A stretch of 63,702 nt of DNA, filler included, from Reticulomyxa filosa (taxonomy: Eukaryota; Protista; Foraminifera): NCBI GenBank assembly GCA_000512085.1. It is 19 parts of 19 records of this genome, joined end to end, with 100 filler letters (N's around TTAATTAATTAA, not from the genome) between each part and the next. Parts side by side here need not be neighbours in the genome. Positions count along the whole stretch, not along the records: positions 13,667 to 16,374 come from ASPP01029469.1; positions 16,475 to 24,761 come from ASPP01039210.1; positions 24,862 to 28,307 come from ASPP01022588.1; 16 more parts are not named here. One strand, 5' to 3'. The notes beneath the pieces are model-generated. The model was given only the letters and a program-made list of their open reading frames with translations, had not been told where the DNA came from and searched no databases. The position numbers were made by a program, and so were the translations under genes. Below, piece by piece: positions 14,201 through 26,977 of this stretch; the first letter of the stretch is position 1, and every line of letters begins with the position of its first letter.

Positions 14201-14923
14201 TTTTTATGTAAATTGCAATTCTCTCTTGTTTCTTTTGCAAAAACTTCCCTTTTTCATCGAAGTAGACTATCATAACTTTTTTAATTTCAATAGTAGTGCA
14301 AACACTTTGATTAACATAAAATAGAAACAGTGTGTAATATAAAAATACTTAAAAAAAATTAGAAGTCTAAACTTTATTTTGTTAACAGGAGCTTCAAACA
14401 AAGCTACTTGAGCAGAGCACGACAAGTGTTGAAAAGTATACTCGAAAATGATTTTGTGAGTCCGTATTTTGTTTTATTTGTTAATTTTGTATTGTGCGAA
14501 TGACACAGCACGTTACTACCAGGCCATCTTTGCTATTCTTTGCGATTTTCTTTAGTAGACACTAGTATTGTTGATTCCAGTGCTTTTTTGTGGCTATCAG
14601 ACAAAAAAATTTCACGTTTTCTGTTATTGTATTCACGGTCGATCAATTCATGTTACTTTTTAAAAATGTGATATGTACAATTGCTCCTCTTTGGTCGTAT
14701 TCACAAACTCAAAAATGGGACATAATAACTGGGTATATAAATGAAGGACGCACTTTCAAAAGGACATAAAAAAGTTTCGAGGTTAAAGATCCACAAATCA
14801 CACCTTCTCTTTCAGAAACAATTTGTTTATAAAAATAGACATGTTAAAACAAAAACATAAGATTTCGTATCCAGTAAATAAGCAAACCAAGCAAATAATA
14901 ATAATAAAAAAGAATATAAGCGC

Positions 14924-16374
14924 TCATTGTTGTTTATGCGATTTCAAATAGGTTTTAATCCTTTCTTCGATAGCATGATTAGGAATTAGCCATAATTGTC
15001 CATCAATAAATAGCGATGAGTTATTGGGGAGTTGATGAGCACCAGAGACAATAGAGGTACGATCATAAGTGATTCCATTTCGAGCAATAACAGGTTGTTT
15101 CATAATACAATTGGATAATGGACATAAATATTCTTTTGGAGTGTTTTGTGTCTGTGTAGAATTGGGAGACGAGGAAGAAGAAGAGGACGAAGAGGAAGAA
15201 GAAAAAGAGTTACTTGGATATTGATTGCAAATGTGAGAAAAAGAATCAAAAAGAAGACAAGCATCCAAAAATATTTTCAATTCAAAAATATCCATCCAAT
15301 CTTTTTTGGACATTTTCAATAATGCTCTTGAATCAATGTTATTTTTTTTGAGAATATTATACAAATGAGCCATTGGATTTTTATTTAATTTTAAAGTGAA
15401 TCCAATGAAAATTGCAATTTCCAAAGGACCCCATTCAGACCATTTCATTTGTAAATCTTTCCAACGACTTTCCCTCCATTCTTCGTCTTTTGTTTTCAAT
15501 TGTTTTACATCTTCATTTAACTGTGCGCAATATTTTAATAGCTCAAAATTGCATTTTTTTATTCTATTGATTTTTGTCATTAACTGTTCACTTTGTAATT
15601 TCTCCACTTCTATTTGTGTCGCCTTCCCAAATATACTATTGAATGCCTCAATATTATTTGCATGTTTTTTCAATATTATCTGTAGCTCTTTCTTTGATGC
15701 GTCCTTTTCGCATCGCTTCTCATTCAACTCACATGCAATTTTTTCATACTGCTTCAAACTTTCTTCCAATTTTTGTGACGTCATCGATATTCCCGTCTAT
15801 GATAATAACATCAATAAGATATATTTGTTTATTTTATTTTATGGTTTAATTTCTAAAGCAAATCTGAATATGTATGTATATAATATAACATTGATAGTAC
15901 TTTCCAAAATCAATAAGCGGGCAATAATAGAAAATATTTTTTCCATTTTAAGTAAATGATCATTGACAACCTTTTGAAAAAGTCCATCACAACTCCAAAT
16001 GTCGATATCATCCCATTTCACATCATTACAATTCATGATCTTATCTTTTTGTAATTCTTTCAATTTAATTTGCATGTCTTGCATTTCATTCATCATATGC
16101 TTCCATTCTTTCGATGTGATTTTCGCTTTTTGATCGTGTTCCATGTCTTCCAATTCTTTTGGAAGAGCAAATGGCTGTTCCAATTTCATCTTCACGAGTT
16201 CAAATTTCAATGCTCGAATTTCCTCCGACTGTTCTTTGATCATTTGTAGCAATTCAGACTTTTCCAAAAACTCTTCCATTTTCACGGACAAATGGAATCT
16301 TTGTTCTTCGCCTTCTTTATTCAGCCCACCGAGAAGATGAATCATGTAATTATCCTGATGATTTAAAATGGCAA
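14924..16374 (-). CDS. Kelch-like tail + coiled coil + SAM + U-box protein (5' incomplete)
   Basis: Kelch-type end AILNHQDNYMIHLLGG, a long coiled coil, SAM-like WSEWGPLEIAIFI...NNIDSRALLKMSKKDW, and U-box PKEYLCPLSNCIMKQPVIARNGITYDRTSI...LIPNHAIEERI. The junction near 15800-15900 was not resolved. Confidence 0.8.
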
Positions 16375-16479
16375 NNNNNNNNNNNNNNNNNNNNNNNNNN
16401 NNNNNNNNNNNNNNNNNNTTAATTAATTAANNNNNNNNNNNNNNNNNNNNNNNNNNNNNNNNNNNNNNNNNNNNCATAT

Positions 16480-17170
16480 GTTAGAATCATTTTTTAACTT
16501 TGCGCAATTTGCACTTTCTTTAGATCATTTTTCAGCGTTTTTTGTTTAAATTGCTGATGATATGCTTTTTCAATTCATCATAATCCAAAGCAACTAGTAC
16601 AATTTTTATTTGACATGCAAAATTTCCTTCTAGTATGTGGTAAATGAGCAAATCTTTATGTCAAGATTTTTTGCAAGTATTCAGTAAAATCTCGTCCGCC
16701 AAGTTTAATCGCAAGACTACATTGCAAGCGATATATCTCGTAGATTGACATAGTTCAAAACAAAAAACGTATACTAACAATATTAAGCAATTTCGCATTT
16801 TTTAAAAAAAGTTCATGCACTCCAATTAACTTGTGAACGTATTGTGCTAAATTTTCTCAATATCATCACAATTTATCAAAATTCCTTGCTCAATAGGTTA
16901 ACTGATGAACAAAATAAATCGTTTGGCTTGGGCTTTATCACCAACATAAGCATCTTTTTAGCACATGCTGACAATCACACCTTCGTGTCTTGGTCATCCA
17001 ACAATGGATGTGAAGACAGCTCGTTGGGTATCATCTCCAGCAAATCCTGGATATTTTAATTTCAATACGTTTTAAATTTATTTTATTTTCACTATCATTT
17101 CATTAAAAAAAAGAAAATAAAGTGAGTGATTAGAGTACATTAATTTTTTTTTGCACATAATGCCAAATTT
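16480..17170 (-). pseudogene. ACT: Actin pseudogene
   Basis: The minus strand reads [41 protein letters not shown]...PIEQGILINCDDIEKI*HNTF, and later LRLNLA/RDFTEYLQKILT and VALDYDEL. Multiple stops, frameshifts and an internal deletion. Confidence 0.92.
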
Positions 17171-18715
17171 TCTTTGTAACCACAAATAGTCTCTTTAAAG
17201 TTATATCCAAATTTTTTCAGTCCTAGAAAAAAAGATTTGTAATTGTTTGTTGCACAAGAACAGTTTAAAGCATACTTAAAAAAAAGATGTCTTTGAATGT
17301 TCAAAAATTGGGTTTTCATTCGCAAATGAGCCTAGTGTTTGTCCTTGTTTGCGCCTTGTATAGTCTTGGTTGTTATATGTGGTTTGGTGTAACTTGTGGA
17401 CACTAACAAGAGCAAGAGTGGACAATGATCCTACTCAAGAAATTCAGCGTCCATACAAAAAAGTGCAATCAAAACGAGTGTAAGCGTAACCGCATCAGAA
17501 AAGGATATGAAGAGATCAGTAGCAATTGATAGTCGAATCAAATGAATTGTAGTTTTAGATATTTTTGTTTGCTGTTTTTTTTCAGATTTGTATCGTCCTC
17601 CCATCTTTTGTGCAACACTTAAGAAGCAAATTGCTTTCTAATGTTAACTGTACGTTACAATGCCCGACCAATTAACAATAAGTATATTTAAAACCAACGA
17701 AAAAGTAATTAAAGAACTAAAAGCAACAGCAAGAATTGAAACACAGATAAAACTCTACTCATTTCTCGTAGGTACAAACTATCGCAGAATAAACAGCTGC
17801 AATACCATTTGAACAAAGCATAAGCCCATAACAAGATGTCGATTTACAGTGAGGGCTTGTTCTTGACTGTTGGCGTGAATAGAATCTGCAAGTGTTGCTA
17901 ATGTTTTTGCCCCCTTTGAGCCGACTGTCGTCAGTACACTCTTGCCACCGTTCATTGCCAATTTTCTGTTCTTCAATACATTTCCAATCAAGTTGTTTTG
18001 CATCTCTTACGATACAATATGTTACCTTTTTGTTTTCTTGAAAATTCGACTGTTGAACCCAAGTTTTTTTGGAGTTACTCTTTTGTTACAGGCACAAAGA
18101 GTTTCTGGGACAACTGCCCCGCGAGTATTTACCTATTTTACACCTTACTTTGTTTATTTTTGATCAGAAAGCGTATGTTTTTGTAAAAGCGGTAACTAAT
18201 TTTTTAATTTTCAGGAGACAGAAAATTTTATGCCTGATTTGAGACAAGAGAATATATTCGTAATGAGAAGACCAATAACATTAGAACAAACAAAGGAAAT
18301 GCATAAAAGTAAAGTCAAACAACATCAGCGAACACCAACAAAATAACAAGTATTTGTGGGATCGACCGACATGTCAAAAAAAACAAGTTTTCATCAATGT
18401 TTTTAAATTTTTTTTTGCATGTATTTTTTTGTCATCTATTTTATTTTCATAATTTACTGATCACTAAAAAAAGCTGCGCTTTCGACATTAGCTTCAACAA
18501 GAACTGTGTTGTGAAAGCGTGATTCCAACACATTCACCAAAACAAAACCATAGCAATGAAAGCAAATACAAAAGTAGAGCAAACGTGACTTAATTCCTTT
18601 TTTTTCGTCTTTTTGCAGAAGAAAGAAAGAGAGATACAGTGGCAATAGGATTGAAAAGGCAAGGACAGAAAAAAAAAATCTTTGCGCAAGGAAAGATGTT
18701 GGAAGCAGACGTGGC

Positions 18716-20662
18716 TCAATCACTTTTGAAGTTATGGTAGTGCATGCGCGTGTGCCTGTTCAGGACACCTTTTTGACTGAACCGTTTTTTACAAACGTGG
18801 CACTCATATGGCCTTTCCCCGGTATGAATAAACAAATGAGAGTTAAGTTTGCTGAGACAACTGAAACCTTTTCCACAGTGTTGGCAACGTAGCGGATAAC
18901 TGCCACTGTGTTTAAATCGGTGGTCATTCAACAAATAGTGCTTTGTGCTGAAATGTTCGCCACATACTTTACATTGGTACCGTAACTTACCATCAACAAC
19001 GACACCATTGATTATGGTCGACTCTTCATTATCCTCCAGCGACGACTCGTCCAGCTCTTCGTCCCTGTCCTTGAATAAAGAGTCGGATTTGCCAAGGTCG
19101 AGGTACGAGTTTTCCATACCCAAGGGAGCACCACTCGCTTTTGCACTGGGAAATTTCTTTTGTGTTGCTGCCAATGGGTTTACATTTTCTTGCGTCGAGC
19201 CAGCATTCGAACTGGAGTGTTCGTTTTTGATGGTCGCATTATCCGCCGTTTGCGTACATTTTGTGTAGGATGTCACTGCGGGATCGTTTGCATGCAATAA
19301 AAAGGGAAAATGTTGAGTGGAAAGAACAAAACCACAGCTAGTGATGTTATTGTGTTGGTACGTATTATTGCTGCTATTGTTATAAAACATTGGCATCTTG
19401 ATGGTTTGAGGATTTCCACCCAAATCGGTTAATTGAAATAACGGAGTCCCAGCATTGTTGAGAAGCGGAGCATTGACATGATAAAACGAGCCATCACCAA
19501 TTTCGCTCCCTATCGGAGCGAGGTGCATGGTATCGTTCAAACGTGCACTTCTACATGTATTCAAAAGCTGCATTACGTCCATTTCTAAGTTATGAATGGA
19601 TGCAGTGCTATTATTATTGTCCTTCGAATGAAGCGGTTGCAGGTTATTCATTGTTGGCGCATTATTGTTGGGGTACGTATCCATCGGCTCGGATTTGATT
19701 GTCGTCTTTGTCGCTGTTGCGGCGGTAGCAGTGTTTTTGTCGGCTGAACCATTGGCAGAAAAAATTGCGACCACATTTTTTTTGAGGTTCAAGTCATACT
19801 GAATTTTTAATCCATTCATTTGTGAACGTACGTCGCAAATATCGGTCAGGTATTTTAAGTCCATTTTTAAACATTTTTGAGCCAAGTTGCAGCTCCATTC
19901 CTCAAAATTGTGTGTAATTTCTTTTTTCAACGTAGATACGTATTCTTCGGACAACAGAGTTTTTGAGTTTTCTAATGATTTTTTTTTTAACCGAATTGTT
20001 TCCAGCATCTTCTCGTATGATAATAATTGATTACATTTCATCGCCAAATCTTCACTGCCTTCTTTTTTTTCTTTTCCTTTTTCTGGCTTTACTCCTTTCT
20101 GTTCCTCGCAACTCATTTGCTGTGTGTCTGGGAGAGCCGTCGCTGTCTCTTTTGCATTCACCATCGTCCCTGTTGTGTTCTCTTTTGTCGTCCCCATTTT
20201 TGTTCCTTCTATGTTTTTATCAACCGGCATGTTATCTAATTTGCGTGCTGCATGATCATTGTCGGCACTGGTTATTTCCATCTCATCTTTTTTTTTGCAA
20301 GTCTCGTACGTATCACTTTTTGAACCACTGTCACCGTCACCAGAAATTGCACATGTTTGTTTCATTGTCCCTAATGTCTGGCATTTCTTCAAGTAAAGTA
20401 TGTTTTCTTCTTCACTTTGTAATTGCAACAGCTGTTCATCAGTTTCCAAAACACGAATGGAATGTTCCTTAAACAATAAACTCCGTTTGACAAAAAATTG
20501 CTTCATGCGTGACAGCACATCATTTTGCGAACTGTGTGCTTCTTTGCGATAACCCGTCACGATACCTTTTAATCGTGTGTCTAATTCATCCCATTGATGC
20601 TTCAACTGCTCTTCACTCACTCCTGAGTTTTTTGTTGAATCGACTTCCATTTTGTTTCTCAT
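18716..20662 (-). CDS. C2H2 zinc-finger transcription factor (648 aa, single ORF)
   Basis: Three C-terminal C2H2 fingers (CKVC..HRFKH, CQHC..HLFIH, CHVC..HTRMH) with a TGERPY linker; N-terminal coiled-coil and low-complexity region. Confidence 0.92.
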   Translation of the reverse strand: MRNKMEVDSTKNSGVSEEQLKHQWDELDTRLKGIVTGYRKEAHSSQNDVLSRMKQFFVKRSLLFKEHSIRVLETDEQLLQLQSEEENILYLKKCQTLGTMKQTCAISGDGDSGSKSDTYETCKKKDEMEITSADNDHAARKLDNMPVDKNIEGTKMGTTKENTTGTMVNAKETATALPDTQQMSCEEQKGVKPEKGKEKKEGSEDLAMKCNQLLSYEKMLETIRLKKKSLENSKTLLSEEYVSTLKKEITHNFEEWSCNLAQKCLKMDLKYLTDICDVRSQMNGLKIQYDLNLKKNVVAIFSANGSADKNTATAATATKTTIKSEPMDTYPNNNAPTMNNLQPLHSKDNNNSTASIHNLEMDVMQLLNTCRSARLNDTMHLAPIGSEIGDGSFYHVNAPLLNNAGTPLFQLTDLGGNPQTIKMPMFYNNSSNNTYQHNNITSCGFVLSTQHFPFLLHANDPAVTSYTKCTQTADNATIKNEHSSSNAGSTQENVNPLAATQKKFPSAKASGAPLGMENSYLDLGKSDSLFKDRDEELDESSLEDNEESTIINGVVVDGKLRYQCKVCGEHFSTKHYLLNDHRFKHSGSYPLRCQHCGKGFSCLSKLNSHLFIHTGERPYECHVCKKRFSQKGVLNRHTRMHYHNFKSD

Positions 20663-21149
20663 CCAGAATTAACAATGCTTTTCTTGCTGTTCTGTCAGTA
20701 GAGTCTGCTGGAAAATGAGATTTCTCAAGTGAAATGTATTGTGGTCAAAAGAAGAGGAGGAAAAATAAAAGAAGAAAAGGTCCTGTGCAGCAAAAGAACA
20801 TTACTGCTTGCACACTTCTTTTTTGCCATATTTTGTTAAGACATGTTTTTAAAACTTTGGTGCGAGAGGTATAACGGAATGTCATACTTAAGATTTGATA
20901 GTTGTCTGAAAAAATAAATAACAAGAAAAGCGTGGAGTTAACAAAATTTGAGGGTCTTGCTTGCAAATAATTAGTTTTTTTAATTTATGGATTTACTTTT
21001 AGCTGTAATGACATTTGCAAAAAGAGCGATACGCATTTTGAAAAAAATGAATATTGGCATGGTGGAAGAAAACAACACGAGAGGTCATTGTATTTTTGTT
21101 TTAGCACAATAAGTAACGCAAATTTGCTTGCAACTATAAAAACTTTAAC

Positions 21150-24100
21150 TCAACTGGACTGGAGTGCCATTTTTGCTCTACTTTGAAACGCTTGAGCACA
21201 TTCATTAAAAGCAGCACCAGCATGGATCAAAAGTAAATCTGCTGGCCATTGTCTTACTAATTCTGCTAACTGATCGTCACTCATCGCTTCACCTAAAAAG
21301 TCGGACAGCGAGGTCGTTAATGCTTGATCAAATGGTTGAGTGCTCAAAGTCGTTGCCAGGAATTTCTTCCATTCCAGTAACAACTGCCACAGACTTTCGG
21401 TTGAGCATGTGGCAGCAAATTGTTGTAAATTGGACTGAATTTTATCTGGCAGTTGCACTCTGTACGTACATGCAAACGTTATTTTTTTTTTTTTTTTGTT
21501 TGTTAAAAAAAAAAAAATTAAAAAATTATTACCTGTACATATCCAAGAGGCCATGTGGAATTTTATGCCACTCATTTTCCTCTACCAAATATGTTCGATT
21601 GAGAAATTCCCAAAGAGACTTGGCGTGCTTCAAACACAATTCCTCTGTTCTAACAAACGAATCAAACTCAGAACGATGCAAATGCAAAATGTCTTTCATG
21701 TACAGACCAATTTGATTGGCACCTTCAGGAATCGTTTTCTGTCTTCGCAGTGCAATAAGTACTTGTTCGACCGCCCCCTTTGCAGTTTTGAAAGCGTTAA
21801 CTCGATTGATGTCAATGACGGCCGCACCTTTTTCATCAGACACGTTTTCCAAATTCATAAAGTCATAAGATGGAGCATTTTGTATGATTCTGTTTTTCAA
21901 ACGCGTCAATACGTTCATGTCGACTGCGTCAAAATATTTTTTCTTGTGAGTGGTTTCCTCAAATTTTTTACTGATCAAACTGATGACCTCTTGGATATCA
22001 TGTTGTCCAGATAATTCGAATAGCAACTCGGACAAATCAAAGTGCAGAAATTTCCGGCCTAAAATGAAGTTCTCTTTTAGTCGTGTTTCTAGCAATTCTA
22101 AATTGATATCTAAAGATACTTTCTCTCCATATTTCAGCTGCTGTCTAGAGCATTGTTGAATCATCCTATGATGTATCATTCAAATCATTTTAGCATTTTT
22201 TTTTTTTTTTTTGTAGAGCCTCGCATTCTCTTTTTGTAATTGCAAACAAAACAGAAAAGTTAAATACAGCGGGCTCAACTGTAGCAAGATCTCTTCATCA
22301 ATGCCCACAACGTCTTTTTCATTGGAAATGTGCGTCAAAGTGATCTGTCCAATCGTAGAGGTTGGTACTTCTTTGCTGTCTTCGTCGAGTGGTGGCAAGC
22401 TATACGTGCATATGCAATGCATATACACAAAATTAATAATATGTATATACGCATATTATATTCAGATATTCGTAAAAATAAAAAATAAAAAAATAAAAAT
22501 TCAAAACTTATGACAATTATTCAATAAAGCGTTGTTAATGGTGACCAAATGATCCAAGAGCAAACGCAGCATTTTGCTCGTTTCCAAGGGACCACTGACA
22601 CCACAGTCCAAAGCCCAGAGCAACGGGACGTCCTTGGGTGCGACTTGGCCATTTGGACCAGAGACTTTGAAGCATTGAAAGGGGAGGTTTTCGCAAGGAT
22701 TCAATTGATCGGTCAGAACCAAGTACCTACGAATGACTCCAACAGCCTGTTCGGGCTCTTTTTTGTCTTGCTGTTCCAACTCGATATTGGGCAGGTTGAT
22801 TTTGGGTACGTTTGCATTCGCAGACACATCTGCGGTGTGGTGAATTCGAATGGTGCTTCCGCGTTTGGACTTATCCGTGGTCAATCGACTGACGACGTGA
22901 TTCCATCCATCAGCAAAGCCCTTCCAAGCGCGCTCCCATTGGGCAACATCCCCCCAATTTTCTTGCTTGCACTTGTTCACAGCAAATCGAGCATTGAACT
23001 TGTCGAGTTGGAATTCGACCTCTTGTCGCGTCAAACGTCCATTGAATCGGGAGTGGATGAGTCGAACCCAATTGATAATTTCTGGCAAATACTGCAATGC
23101 GAACACGGAGTAGCCACTCAAGCTCTGCATGGTCTTGAGAATGCCGTGGATGACAGGATAGCGTTCGGCGTTATGCGTTTGCGTTTTCAACACAAAGTTG
23201 CGAAACTCGGAAAACGTGACGATGCGAAATGGCAAGAAATTATGGACGTAATAATTTTGCAGGAAATGTCTGCCCTCGTTCGTGTTAAGGTCCATGCCCT
23301 CTTCGACACGACAGCTCCAATAAGCGCACACAGGGTCGGCGGTAGTTTGCGTGCGTATTTCGCGAATGAACTGTTCGTGCTGCTTAATGATAGGATCGAT
23401 GCACTGTTGAATCAAATAGGTTTCGAAAGACTGACGTCCGGTCGTGGATAAGTCTGCAAAGCCATTGGGAAAGGCTTGTTCATACGTCAAGTACAATTGA
23501 TGCACGATGCGATGCATCAACAACAGACAGTGTTCGACTGACAAATGACCAATGATTTGTCCAATCTTTTGCAGATACATGTCCACAATGACCAGCAAGC
23601 GTTCGACGACGTCTTCAGGCTTCTTTGCTAGGTTGGTAAAATCCCGAGCATCACTGCGGTCGAAGCAGCAGCCATGTACCAACAGCAGCAAATTCACAAA
23701 CACACGAGCAATGCGCACAGACACTTCATTGAATTTGCGACATGCGTCATCAGCTCCTCCTTCGATTATCACGTAACCCTGTGGCGCGAGCTTCGTGCTG
23801 TCATACTCGGCCGTGCCCTCGGTCGCACCCAGATTATCCGGAACGATATGTCCGTTCTCGTCGATCGTACCCAAGCGACGATTGCCTTTGGCCGCCGTGT
23901 GTGACAGCCAATTGCTTCGATTGCCAATGTCCGCCCCGCACGTCGAGCACTTGCCTGTTCCTTTGGTCCGCGTGCACTCGCCGACAAAGTACAGATGGTT
24001 GTTTGGACAAAGCCATGCTGCATGTCCACTCATCGCTTTCAACAATGATGCGCTTTGATCTTCTGGCATTGCCAATAGGTACTGCTGCTGGTATGACTTG

Positions 24101-24694
24101 GGACTATGGAATAATATACTCAATGGCGACTGCGGCAGCGATAACACCACGCCCACTAAATGCCACGCCAAACGGAGCACCAACACGTGGTCCTTCCTTA
24201 TTCGCGGCTGGTCCGGTGCTCCACTGTTCTTGAATCCCTTAAAGTCCGAATCGCAACAGGCCAGATGACACAGCAAATACTTGAGTCGCTCATGCGCGCG
24301 TGCAAACTCGGTTCGCTCCGACAAATGATTTTGCATCGATCTCAACATGACAAGCATGAACGACGAAATCACGTCGTAATGCTTGGTGTTACCCAACACA
24401 TACAACTCGTTGAACACGCCCGATACCAAATACACAAACTCCTTCTGTCGAAAATTCGGCCACGCCAGTCGGTTCGTCATCTTCGCTTCCTGGAATATCG
24501 TCTGCGCGTACGTATACTTCTTGCTTGCGTCTTCGTCGCCGTTGCAATATCTCAACAATTGGAATATGTTGTCCGTCGGTGCATTGCTAGGGCGAGTGCT
24601 CTCCCCATTCGAGTTTTCTTGACGTAGTGAAAATTTGAACAATGCTTCAAACTTTTTGCCTTGCAGATGAATCGCTGCTTGCGATCCTTGTCGT
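21150..24694 (-). CDS. RNF213: RNF213 (mysterin)-like E3 ubiquitin ligase, C-terminal part with RZ finger (5' incomplete, 4 exons)
   Basis: RZ finger WLCPNNHLYFVGECTRTKGTGKCSTCGADIG...H. Downstream blocks LQYLPEII, LLDHLVTINNALL, YGEKVSLDINLELLETRLKENFILGRKFL and LCLKHAKSLWEFL follow the order of the RNF213 E3 core/CTD. Confidence 0.85.
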
Positions 24695-24861
24695 CTGTAT
24701 GTATGCACATAATTTTAATTAGATCATTTCTTTATCAAAGACAGACATTTTTTTTTTTTTTNNNNNNNNNNNNNNNNNNNNNNNNNNNNNNNNNNNNNNN
24801 NNNNNTTAATTAATTAANNNNNNNNNNNNNNNNNNNNNNNNNNNNNNNNNNNNNNNNNNNN

Positions 24862-24967
24862 AATAATAATAATAATAATAACTAATAATAACAATAACAA
24901 TAACAATAACAACAATAGCAACAACAACAATAGCAACAACAACAACAATAGCAATAACAATAGCAAT
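24862..24967 (+). repeat. AAT/AAC/AGC trinucleotide repeat (poly-Asn)
   Basis: Direct reading of the sequence. Confidence 0.9.
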
Positions 24968-26521
24968 ATGCTTTTGCTATCGAAATCGCAGAGTAATCCT
25001 TCGACTTCCACCGACAACTCCGAGGCTTCGGAGCGCCTGGAAAAGTGGGACATGTCCTTGGATCGGTACACGTTCATGGACCGAAGCGGTCGAGTTGCCA
25101 GTCTTCGTCGCAATTTGCGAGTGCCGTTGGCATCCATTGTCAGCAAGGAACAAATGGACGAGTTGAAATGCTATACCATTGCGCCCATCTTTCAACCGTT
25201 GGAAGTTGGAACGGACTTTTATCCCATTCCAATGCTACAAGCCGATATCGATATTATCAATCGCACTCCTTGCGTTACTGCTGATGCTGAACTTATTTAC
25301 ATTTGCACTGAAGTGGTTCGATATATATATATATACATATATGTTTATATTTATATTTATATTTATTGTATGTATATTTATTTAATTGCTTGTCTTTAGT
25401 TGTCACTGCTAGATGGAGGCTATCAAATCCGCATTGGCGATACAAAACTGACCAAATTGATGCTTGAAGAATGTGGGATCACAGATTTGACGCAGCAACA
25501 CCAAATTTGGAAGACGTTATTTGAGGCGCATTTGAATCAGCCTTTGACCGCAAATGTGTGGGAAAATAGTTTGAAAGGGAAGCTGAAACAAGAGTTCCAA
25601 TTGTCAGCGAGCAAGCTGAAAAAGTTGGCCAAGTTTGTATATCACAATACTGCGTTTTCCTCGTCGAATATTGCCAATATCAAATCCCTGTTTGGAAAGC
25701 AACATAAAAATACCAATGTCAATGTTCGTGAAACTTCCATTTCCAATGCACACTCGATTTGTGATCGGCTGCAACAGATCAGTGAACATTTGCAGCTGTG
25801 GAATGTCCCGCAACAATGTCTGTTCTTTGATTTCACCATTTACTTGGACGACTTTTACGATGGCTTGGTATTTCGCGCTTTGTTTCAAAAGACACCCCAT
25901 ACCATTCCTCAATGGGTGGCCAGTGGCGGACGTTATGATAAGCTGTACAATCAATTTGCTCGATTTCACCAACGCAATTCGACCGCAAGCCCATCTACTA
26001 CCAAAACTCAGCCCAAACTGTTAAGCACCAAAGAAGACCCTATCCACGCCATTGGATTAAGCATTGATATGGAAAGCATCATTGAGTGGAGGTATGATGC
26101 TGAAAATACGGAGTCGTATCATCCCACCGTTAAATTGAAGCAACTCCCTTGGGTCAATCAAGCATTAAGCCGGTCGGCCTATGTGTTTGTTTGCACTCAA
26201 GGTGACTCGGTTCATTTGATGAAAGCAAGAGTGCAGCTCATCGGATTGCTCTGGAAAATTCAAGTGCCATGCGAATGCTTGTATACTGAAAATCCGGCGC
26301 TGCCTCTACAATTGGAAAGAGCCAACAAAAAGTATGCACTCTGGATTGCTGTCATCTATGAAAAATATTTGGTTAAACCTCAAACCACCACTGACACCGA
26401 CTCCAATGACACTACTGCTCAATGGACTTTGGAAAAAATCAAACTCAAAAATGTTCGTCAAAAACAAGAAATTGACTTAAAATGGGACGACATCCCGAAA
26501 TTCTTTGCCAAACCCAAATAA
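24862..26521 (+). CDS. GCN2: GCN2/eIF2-alpha kinase, HisRS-like and anticodon-binding C-terminal region (5' incomplete)
   Basis: FMDRSGRVASLRRNLRVPLA, QADIDII, ADAELI, FYDGLVF, VASGGRYDKL, AIGLSI, LIGLLW form a degenerate HisRS-like fold typical of GCN2. Intron about 25315-25399; Asn-rich insert at the contig start. Confidence 0.8.
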
Positions 26522-26977
26522 TAACATATCTCATTCGTTTTTTTATTTTTGTTTTGTTTTTTGTTTGTGTGGAACGTGATTAAATGCTTGTGTTCTTCTG
26601 TCAACAAAGAAACAATAACTTTTTTTAGTCTATCTTCTGTCTCATGGTTTTTTCAAAAAAAAAACAAGAAAAATTGTGGCGAGTTATTATTTTTGTTGTT
26701 AATCTCTGTGTTAACTTTTCGATGAACCAAAACGAATAAGGTTTTTTCTGTTTTATTGACAATTCGTATTTTTTATAAACGAAACCATCAAGAAAAAGGG
26801 AAAGCAAACAAATGATCACATAAAATTATCAGACTATACCGTCTCACTAATAAAAAATGAGCAAACAAGGTAAAAAATAATGTCCGAACATCAATAACCG
26901 AGCCGAGAAAAGAAACGTTGTGTGTTTCGTTTCTCAGAAAAAGAGAGAGGAATAATACAAAAAAAGATACGAAAAAT

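Noticed and set aside
22549-23451. 300-aa antisense ORF (also 29021-29641, 42173-42601 and 56202-56684)
   Set aside because: These are shadow ORFs opposite well-supported genes or repeats, with no motifs of their own.
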